Shown piece after piece: positions 11,396 through 20,210 of a stretch of 38,799 nucleotides of DNA. The position numbers and the translations under genes were made by a program. The notes below the pieces were generated by a model. The model searched no databases. It saw only the letters and a list, made by a program, of their open reading frames with translations, and was not told the DNA's origin. The stretch covers positions 663,141 through 701,939 of the forward strand of contig JBNGIO010006289.1 in the NCBI GenBank assembly GCA_049999805.1. The letters are read 5' to 3'. The number at the start of each line of letters is the position of its first letter. Position 1 is the first letter of the stretch. The stretch comes from Folioceros fuciformis. Its lineage: Eukaryota.

Positions 11396-12634
11396 ATGGG
11401 TGCCGCGAAGCGTAGACGGAGGGCCGTGTGCCTCGTACTGCTGGGTTCGGCAGTACTGGTGTTGGCCATGGTGCTCACCACCGTGTTCCTCTTGAGAGAC
11501 AGCACTGAGAACACGATTGCGGAGCTGGCGGACCCGGACGTTGTTCTGCCGCCTTGCGTTCCCCGCGGGTACCTCTGCTCCGGCCTCCACTGCTGCAACT
11601 TGACTGTGGAGGAAGTGTTCTCCAGCCAGGACTTCGACGCCTTCTTCCCTAATCGCAACTGCCCCACCTGCCACGCCCAGGAGTTCTACTTCTACTACAA
11701 CTTCATCGAGGCCGCCAAAATGTTCTACCGGAAGGGTTTCGGGATCCTTGGGGGCGAAGAGATGCAGAAGCGGGAGATTGCGGCATTTCTGGCGCACGTT
11801 GCGCACGAGAGCTCATGTGGGTGTGGATCCGGTTCACCTGCTGCTGCTGCATTTGGCTTGGAGTGGAGTGAGGCTGAATCGCGTTTGTTTTACTCTTGTT
11901 TCCGCATCCAGGTGGGTATACGGGAATAGGGTCGCTGGGTGGAGCGTACGCCTACGGGTTGTGCTGGAATGTGGATCCCAACTTGGATAGCCTGCACTGC
12001 ACGCCGGATGTGTCGTACCCGTGCGTGCCCGGAGTCAGTTACCATGGGCGAGGAGCTATGCGTGTCTACGGGTAAGCAAGCGAGCAAGCATTGCCCACAC
12101 CTCCCCTGTCTGTCCTAACCTCCCGATGAATTGTATGGGTTGTGGGGCTCATGGAGCTGCTTTGCTTGGCCACAGTCGGAAGGGGTTCACTATTCTACTG
12201 CTCTGACTGTGTCTGTGTGCGATGGCTGTTGCATGAATGGCAGCAACCAGGAGTACGGCTGGATTGGGGAGGGTTTGGGTTTGGACCTGCTCCATCACCC
12301 TGAGTTGCTTCAAAACAATGCAACTCTGGCATTTGCATCTTCTTTGTACAAGTGGATGACAGAGCGGCCTGGCCGGCCATCGTCTCACAATGTCATGTTG
12401 GGTGCATGGAAACCCTCACAGAATGACACGTTGGCAAGCAGACTTCCAGGATTCGGACTGACGATCAACATATTGGCGCACAAGGAATGTGGGCATGGAG
12501 CTGATACCAACATGAATGACCGCGTTGCTCACTACAATGTCTTCCTGGGTTTACTAGGCAACGTACCTTCGGGAAACAATACGGAGTGTGGGAATCAAGG
12601 AGAATGGATCCCTCCCCAAGGTTCCTTTCTGTGA
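11396..12634 (+). CDS. GH19 chitinase-like protein (CTL1/CTL2-related) with an N-terminal signal anchor; exons 11396-11816, 11912-12071, 12244-12634
   Basis: MGAAKRRRR is followed by a hydrophobic helix. CTL-type segments are C...CCNLTVEEVF, GFGILGGEEMQKREIAAFLAHVAHESSCGY, YGLCWN, YPCVPGVSYHGRGA, DLLHHPELLQNNATLAF and WKPSQNDTLASRLPGFGLTINIL. GT-AG introns join in frame. Confidence 0.88.
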
Positions 12635-13051
12635 CTTCCATCGATCTGCTGCGTTTGCTCAGTGAGAAGGGGATGCGTGCTGTGGAAATTCATGTCCTCA
12701 TGTCACTTATGACCCTGGAGCTTCCATAATCCACCCGGATCGGCCTCAGCCCCGTGTTTGCCAGGTTACACCTCTATGGATGTAGGACCGTTGGATTATA
12801 TGTATATGTCATGCAGTACCATTGGATGGTCTGTGCCGCACATTTCCCCGGTGCAGCACAGTTGTATATTCTTCTGGGGGTTATGAAGTGCAACCACGAA
12901 CGAATGAAAGGGCTTTCCAAGGTGAATTCTGTCCGTTGGTGTTCATACTTTACAGCAGGTGTAAGGTTGCGCAAGCTGTCGAATCCAGACGCAACTAATT
13001 AATGTGGGGCAGGCCTCGGGGTCCTATAGGTTGCTTGGGACCGCACCTGCT

Positions 13052-13362
13052 TGTGACCGCAAGCCCCGGCTCCAGTGCGTAACCTCTGCTCCAGCCAGGG
13101 TGTTTTCTCACGTCACCCGTTTCAATTGTTTTGCGAATGGTGCTCACAGTAGGGCCTACAAAGCTGGGTTCGTCGGTGAAGGGGGATCTGTACGTAGCGC
13201 GAAACATGTTCTGCGTCCTATCCAAGTGTCGCGAAATTGGATGTAATTAGACCGCGTTTGAGGAAACGCAACTCATTAGCGGGTCTGAGACTCCTTCCTC
13301 AACCAGTCAACCCAGAGAGCTAGGGATTACGGTTTAGGGTACTACAGTACTTGCTTGTCACA
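13052..13362. mobile_element. Candidate solo LTR / small inserted element
   Basis: Inverted termini TGTGAC...GTCACA. CCTGC(T) occurs on both sides (13046-13051, 13364-13369) but is offset by one base from a clean TSD. Confidence 0.35.
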
Positions 13363-13372
13363 GCCTGCTGAA

Positions 13373-13455
13373 AGGGAAAGCTTGTCTTAGGCTCGTTCAA
13401 TGACCCACGTCTCGACTGCTAGGGAAAGCTTGTACTAGGCTCGTTCAATGACCCG
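13373..13455. repeat. Tandem duplication of about 35 bp (period about 48)
   Basis: agggaaagcttgtcttaggctcgttcaatgaccc / agggaaagcttgtactaggctcgttcaatgaccc. Confidence 0.85.
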
Positions 13456-13599
13456 TGCCTCAAGGACTATGAGTGACTTTTGTGTGGTCAAGGGGTCACT
13501 ATTGATTAGTTTGCATATATGTTAGGCATAATCTCAAAAAATGAGTAATAAATTTCATCTTGTTGATAATGGGTTTGAGGGTATGGAGACTTTATTGTA

Positions 13600-14750
13600 G
13601 AAAACAAGATGGAGAAATCTATTTCTCCAAAGAGACGGGAAACAACCCACGGAAGCAAGGATAACCTAGTCTACCCTTCCTTGCATTGATACGTCAATGT
13701 TTTCAAGGAACATCTTCAAGCCTTACCACCCTTTGGACATACTCAATTTTGACTTCATTGTTGTCAAGTTTGTTTTGCATTGTTCTTGTCCACCATACTT
13801 AAAGAGGTTTGATGTTTGCCTAGCTGAGGAGGTGGAGGCCAAATCCAATTGTGCAAGAATCAAAGAATAAAGTCTTGAGTAGATCAGTAAGCTTGCCAGG
13901 AAGAATTAGCATGCTATTGAATATTTGAGCACACACAAAAGCTATGCTCCATGTATACCATCCATATCCCTTATAATGGTTGGCTCCACAATTACTTGGG
14001 TGTTTAGTTTTTCTCCCCAAAAGATGCCAATCGGATCTCGAAAGTGACACATAACTCAGCTTAACTAAAATTGCAGCACATCTATTATAATCCCATATCT
14101 ATATCTATGCATCCTCTATTATCTAGCTACTCCTGACACACATGAAGGGACATTGGCAATCAAGGTAGGAGGCTTACATGCTTAGGCTTGGCGGACTAAA
14201 CAAGAAAGAAACAAGGAAGCAAGATTGCGAGGCCTCCAATTACACTATCTACATGCGTGAGGCCCTCCTTGGATCTCTAGAGTTAAAGTTAAATGAAGGA
14301 CTAAGCTCCTAACCTAGAGTTGCATATACAGTGATACATCTACTACAATCTTATATGCAAGAAGAAAATATGGGTTGCAAACCATGGAGGAAGAGGGCAC
14401 TTTGTAACTTGTGATGGTGGTGGCCTTGTCAACTTGAAGATCAATCACCGAGACAATCTTTTGAAGGACCATAGAGGCCGTCTATCTTATGTATGTTGTG
14501 AAATAAGAGAGAGAGATCACCTTGTGCCATTCTTGAAGTCATGGTAAGCATTGACAGGACGAAGAAGCATCTTGCTTGCATCCTATTGCACTTCCTACTC
14601 CTATGAGTTGTGGTGAACAAGACATGGCCTAAAAACATACAAGGTGTTAATACCTTGATTCCCATGAAACCACACAAGCAAGATATAGTATCCCAAAGTC
14701 ATCTAAAGCACAGCTACATTTGCGAGTGAGGAGGGAGGAAACTTGAATCT
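13600..14750 (+). mobile_element. Probable degenerate L1-type LINE ORF2 remnant
   Basis: Broken plus-strand frames SVSLPGRISMLLNI (cf. plant L1 LSLAGR..L..) and GSKIA..IT (cf. K..VAW..I). The DNA is AT-richer and lacks intron structure. Confidence 0.35.
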
Positions 14751-15614
14751 AAAGCTGACCAAGTCAAAAAAAGAAAAGTTGTTGTGAGGAGGAAGATGGT
14801 TGGTGTTCTGGCTCTAAAGAACTAGAAGCGTACGAAACCGCGTTCTGGGTAAAGCAGTCGGCTAGGCCCTTTATTCAAACAACAAGGCTTGGGACGAGGT
14901 GCTGGAGTAGACTTTCCATTCAAACTATGCTAGCCAGGCCTGCCAATTCTGAAACAACGTCAGCGACAAAACCGATAGAACTTCACGTGCTAGCTAGATA
15001 TTATTTTGACGAATGTGTAGGGAACACGGAATGTTACGTGGGTATGCAGTATCTGCATGACGCGTACAGATCCCTACCCTGAAGCCTACAGAAGCTGGGC
15101 AAGCTGAACACTGTCCATCGTGCACCTGAGTTGGGTACGTTTCCAGGCGATGAGCCCAGAACAGGACTACTTGGTTCGGAAGCGCAGCTCCCGGCACGTG
15201 GTGTGCGCAGGCGGCCCGGCGGGAGGTTCCTGTCCGAGGTGTAACACTATGTGTTGCATATATAGACATAGCAGGCAACAAGGTGGGGTCCCCTTCTTAA
15301 AGCTTGGTTATGACAGCAGCCGCATGTGGAGATTGTTGACTCTGTCTCAGCTCGAGGAAGTATCCTCTTGGAATCTGAGTCCTGACCTGACCTGGGTTGA
15401 CATGACTAAATTACTGCACCTGCTGGGATCGCCACGTACTGTCGCCAATGCACACCAAGCAGCAAAACACCGACGATCGCGCTTCACAGCAACCTGGGCC
15501 TGTCCCATAAATCGCGCCCATCTCACGCATTCCATCCAGGGCTTCTGTCCGCCTGCCTGCTTGCCTGGGCATCGTTCCAGTGAAGGAGTTTGACATCATC
15601 TGCCGACGCCGCTC

Positions 15615-16905
15615 ATGGCCGCCTCGTCTGCAGCAACGTGTGTTGCCCGCGCGGCCGTCATCGTCGTCTTCGTATCCGCGCTTCTTCCCTTCTCCACCGC
15701 AACCTCCTACGAGGTGTGTAGTGCTGTGTGCTGAATGTTCGCAGGCTGATTCCTGCTCTGGCTTGTTGTAGCCTTAGGGATGCCCAGGCAGCTAGGATTT
15801 GATTGGATCCCGGGCGTCTGTCTCACACGTGGCTTCCCGTCTCGCTTGCATATGCGCAGGCAGGAGGGTCCAGTCTGAGGAAGCAGTTGGCGGAGGCGAA
15901 GCTCAAGGCCTCCTACATCATTACCAAAGACATCTACAACGAGTTCCTGTTGCACAGGAACGATCCCGCCTGCACCGGCGCCAACTTCTTCAACTACTCT
16001 GCCTTTGTCCAGGCCACCAAAACGTTCCCCACGTTCGGGACCACTGGCTCCCTCCCAACCCGGAAGCGAGAGCTGGCGGCCTTCTTCGGCCAGACCTCGC
16101 ACGAAACTACAGGTGAAGGATGACACACTCAGTTGCTGGCCATGGCGTTGTCTGATAAATAATGCCACGGTCCCGCTGCTGGGATGCGTTGCTTTCTTAC
16201 AAGCTTGTTGCATTACCATGCACGGTGATGATAATTGGTACGCTGGTCCGTTGCAGGTGGCTGGGCTACCGCACCGGATGGCCCCTACGCCTGGGGCTAC
16301 TGCTTCAAGGAGGAGATCGACCAGAGCTTCGACTACTGCCAGGCCTCCTCTGAGTGGCCTTGTGTGGCGGGGCAGAAGTACTACGGCCGTGGTCCCATAC
16401 AGATTTCCTGGTACATGACTTCTCAACCTCACACCGCTTGCCAGTGCACCGTCGAATGCTATGGCTGCAGTTTGTGTGTCTTGTCACTCGCTCTCAGTGC
16501 ACGGGTCTTGACGTGGGCAGGAATTACAACTACGGGCCAGCCGGAAAGAGTTTGGGTTTCGATGGGCTAGGTAATCCAGGCTTGGTGTCCCAGGACGCTG
16601 TGCTGTCCTTCAAGACAGCCTTGTGGTTCTGGATGACGCCACAGAGCCCCAAGCCTTCCGCCCACGACGTCATCACCGGGCGATACAAACCCACAGCGGC
16701 GGACATCGCTGCCAATCGCCTGCCCGGCTACGGTCTCCTCACCAACATCATCAACGGCGGTTTGGAATGCGGCCCAGCCAACAACCCGGGAGGAGTGGCA
16801 AATGCCTACCAGGAGGACCGCGTCGGCTTCTACGAAAGATATGCCAGCATCCTTGGCGTTGACACCGGCTCCAATCTCTACTGCACGTCGCAAGCCAGCT
16901 TCTAG
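15615..16905 (+). CDS. GH19 endochitinase without a hevein domain (class II-like), secreted; exons 15615-15713, 15860-16112, 16257-16410, 16521-16905
   Basis: Signal peptide [29 protein letters not shown]. Motifs [56 protein letters not shown] and [11 protein letters not shown]; both catalytic Glu residues are intact. Confidence 0.97.
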
Positions 16906-17090
16906 CAAGCCTCCAGTGGATAGGTAGCAATGTCAACGTTTGCGGTAGGGTGTCTTTTTGCACATCACTACTCCCCTTGTGACGTGCCTCGCGGGTGATC
17001 GCCGTTGAGAGTGCAAGTGAAGAGGCATTTAATTTGTTTAATAAATACCAGTTATCATCCTCCACTAAAGCCTTCACAAACTATTGGGGT

Positions 17091-17099
17091 TTAGGGTTT
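17091..17099 (-). promoter_or_regulatory. Telo-box (AAACCCTAA) upstream of TRM82
   Basis: TTAGGGTTT about 75 bp before the TRM82 ATG; telo-boxes are typical of plant translation/RNA-processing gene promoters. Confidence 0.5.
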
Positions 17100-17172
17100 C
17101 TCACTAAATTTACCCTGGGTCGTTGAAGGGAGATGCAACCTGCTGCACCGTTGCTTGGAATTCCAGGCCGCG

Positions 17173-19468
17173 ATGGAGGAGGTCGACGGTCTTCCACCTC
17201 CCAGCTCCAAGGCAGTGGCCCCCGCTTTAGTAACCCTACCATCTTCCGGGCGATTCGTGGTGGTCGCTATCGGGGCTGCCCTTCGCGTCTTCGATCTCGT
17301 GTAATAATTCTCGACTTTGACCTAGGGTGTTTGTGGACCCCGATGAAGGGTGCCAGTGTGGGTGACCCGCGTGTCGTGGCAGTGAAAACGTGCCGGTCTC
17401 CTGCAAAGATGATTCTGCTCCTGCTCTACATTGGGATGCCATTCGAGCTATTTCTTTCAGCAGGGACGGCAAGCTTTTCGCATCCGCAGGTGATGACAAG
17501 CTTGTCAAGCTGTGGGACGCTTCTTCATGGCTCTGCCTCAAGACGGTGTCAGTTTGTACCCCTCGTTCTCTGCAATTTTCCTGAGTTGCAAGGGGTGCCT
17601 AAGCTTGTCCTGATTCTGTTTCATGGCGTTGGATCAGACGGCTTAACAAAAAAGTGAGTGCTGTTGCCTTCAGCCATGACTGCTCCTGGCTCATGTTTGC
17701 GGACAAGTTCGGTGTGGTCTATGTCACTTCCACGGGCGCGGAGACTCCTACTGCCGCACAGCGAGCACCCAGGCAGCTGCTGGCTCACTGTTGCAGCATC
17801 ATCACTGGCTTGGTAGGCAAATTCGAAAAGATTTCGTAATTGCCTGAAGTTTGGTGTGCTTGTTAGCTGTGTGGTTGGAGATGCTGCCCAGTTGGATTCG
17901 GTGACCGCCGAGTGTCTCATGCCCTGGGCTCTGTGTCATAATTTTTCTCGCTATAGGGGGCACGAGCTTATGATGGAAGGATTTACCTCCTGCTCAGTGA
18001 TGCTGGCTTGTCTGTCTTGTAGGAATGCTCACCGGATGGGAAGTTTGTAGCCACGTCTGATCGGGATTTTAAGATACGTGTACGTTTCATGAGTCAGGAT
18101 TCATCCTAAGGCATGTGCTCCCCTCACTGCAGGGTGTGTTTTGCGGTTGTTTCATTTTGTGTATTCGACTTCCATACAGGTCAGCCTCTTTCCCAGAGAC
18201 CCTCCAGCGGGGGCGCACGAAATAAATTCCTACTGTTTAGGACACACAAGGTACATCCTTGACCATATGTTCGTGGGGACATCGTCTACTTGCATCAGGT
18301 AGTTAGCTGTCATCGTGTCACTGAGATCTTCTGCAGCTTCGTATCTTGTATTGCATTTGCAGGAGGGCAGGATTCTCAATGTCTAGTATCTGGCGGCGGT
18401 GATGGAACGGTGGGTGTTTTTGTGGTGAGGTTGGTGCCTTGTCAGAGTTGCTCCAGGGACATGGCTGAGTCTTGTAGTAGTTGCATGTGACAGGTACGGT
18501 TGTGGCAGTATACATCTGGAAAACTGCTGGACCTCTATCAAACTAATCAAGAGGTTCGAGATGTGTGACCAAAGGCTGCTATCCTTTAAGGCTTAGATGT
18601 TGGGTTGGTGGTTTTGCTGAAGACAGGCCTTGATTGTCATGGCCTGACGGTCATCGTCATTTTGAGTTGTGAAGGCAGGAACAGACACGCGAGTTCAAAC
18701 TGAAGAGCAGGAGGTGACACAGGCCATTCATGCGATTTCTGTCTCTCACGAGGGTTCCCTAGTGGCAGCAACGGGAGAAAGGTGATTCATAGAAAGCTTT
18801 GCTACTTAGGACGTTTGGAACCTGTCTAGTTTCCGGTTAAAAAAAATTGGAAAATACGTGTGTGCAGGTTGGAAGGAATCATCTTGCTGAGGTGTGATAC
18901 CGCTCTGGGTAAGCTTTCCTATGTGAAGGTACGCTTTCCAAACGGTGATAAGTGTCTAGCGTGTTTGAGGCGCAGTGAGCGACCGTGTAAACCAACTGTC
19001 TCTGCTTGTCTGGTGCAGACTGTTGTGTCGACGGAGCGAATTTGCTCCACCAGCCTGGCGTTTGATCCTCAGGGCAGACTGTGGCTTGTAGCTGGGGCTG
19101 CAGCAACTGTGGAGACAGGTGACGAGTTTGTTACGCCAGAGGCTGCAGCCATAGCCGAGGCCAAAGGAAAAGCCATTGCAACGGCTGCCACTTGTTGTGT
19201 GGACGTTTTGCACACCACCAGTTTGGCGAACAACGATGCAGGGAGCGACGCGCGAGAGAAGGAGTCGAGTATCACTGATTCAGGGGGCCAAGCGCTTCTG
19301 GACTGTTTGCAAGGCAACAGGATAGTTGGTGCAGCTGAAACTGCCCAAGCTGCTGAAGCAGCCGAGCTGGCCATGAAGAATTTGCTGTCCAAGCGACAGT
19401 ACACTGTGCAACAAAGAGAGGACCGAAAACGTTTCCGCAATGATAGAAGGTTATCACGCGAAAGCTAA
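17173..19468 (+). CDS. TRM82: tRNA (guanine-N7)-methyltransferase non-catalytic WD40 subunit (TRM82/WDR4), multi-exon
   Basis: Spliced segments LFASAGDDKLVKLW, FADKFGVVY, LLAHCCSIIT, SPDGKFVATSDRDFKIR, GAHEINSYCLGHT, LVSGGGDGTVRLW, and the plant-type C-terminus NLLSKRQY....REDRKRFRNDRR. Confidence 0.92.
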
Positions 19469-19864
19469 TTTTGTCTTTTGTTGGTAACCCGATTATCTAG
19501 GAGTGCCTGGTGTTCTCGAGGGTGTGGTAGCCTTGGGTTTGGAATTGTGGACTGAAAAGTGCGGCATTTTTTTGTCGGGGCACTCACTTTGTTGCAACGT
19601 GGAAGTGACCTAGTCCTTCCGGTTGCTTCGGAGAAAGGGGTGTTTCTTGTCCTCTTCGGTCCTGCCGCCATTTCATAGGTACTGTACTACGTTGCCCACA
19701 TTTGAAATGTGCCACATCAGCGCACCAACCCATGGAGTGGTTGGGAAGTGAGGTTGGGCCGCAAATGTGCCGGCAACGCCGGCCTGCAAGGCCAGGCGAG
19801 GTAGCCTTCGCCTTCGGGTCTACTCTACGCGGAGCTTTGTCCTGCATCCTTGCGCGGATATAGG

Positions 19865-19940
19865 TATAAATTGGAGGCAAGGCAGAGCCGAGCTGAGCTG
19901 AGCAGAGTGGAGCAGAACAGAGGAGAGCAGAGCAGGGTAG
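19865..19940 (+). promoter_or_regulatory. TATA box followed by a degenerate (GAGCA/GAGCT)n pentamer tract upstream of the SLC1/DAACS gene
   Basis: TATAAAT at 19865-19871, then gcagagccgagctgagctgagcagagtggagcagaacagaggagagcagagcag. A possible 5'UTR intron runs GTGAGT(20067)...CGCAG(20159). Confidence 0.4.
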
Positions 19941-20210
19941 AGGCGCTTGGAATTACGGTGCCTTGACTCATCTTCGAAATTGACGCACGAGTGTTTTGCA
20001 GTTCAACCGGATCTGACTATGTGACACGCAATTTGCCTCATCTCCAGTCCATCGCCAGCTTGTTGGGTGAGTCACAGACGCACTTCTGGCCCACGTACGG
20101 GAATAAACCCAGCTCTATTCTTCCACTGGAGTGAAGCTTTTGCCTGTGGGTCGTCGCAGGGACTTATGTAGCGCCAGGGAGGACGCGAGCTCGGAGTTTC
20201 CCATTTTGCA

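Noticed and set aside
13320-13341. Telomere-like TAGGG/TTTAGGG stretch
   Set aside because: There is only one perfect unit plus degenerate neighbours; it is not an interstitial telomere array.
15000-15600. TTGAC W-box-like cores upstream of the chitinase
   Set aside because: Only one fits TTGAC(C/T), and the frequency is not clearly above chance.
15707-16432. 241-aa antisense ORF and similar long ORFs opposite GC-rich exons (e.g. 11252-11806, 25490-25879, 37624-38340)
   Set aside because: These are shadow frames of real coding sequence with high GC; they cross introns or overlap known frames and have no recognisable motifs.
19964-20074. Two GCN4/AP-1-like TGA(C/G)TCA sites before the DAACS gene as nitrogen-response elements
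   Set aside because: They lie downstream of the putative TATA box, and the second coincides with a likely GTGAGT splice donor; 7-mers alone are insufficient evidence.
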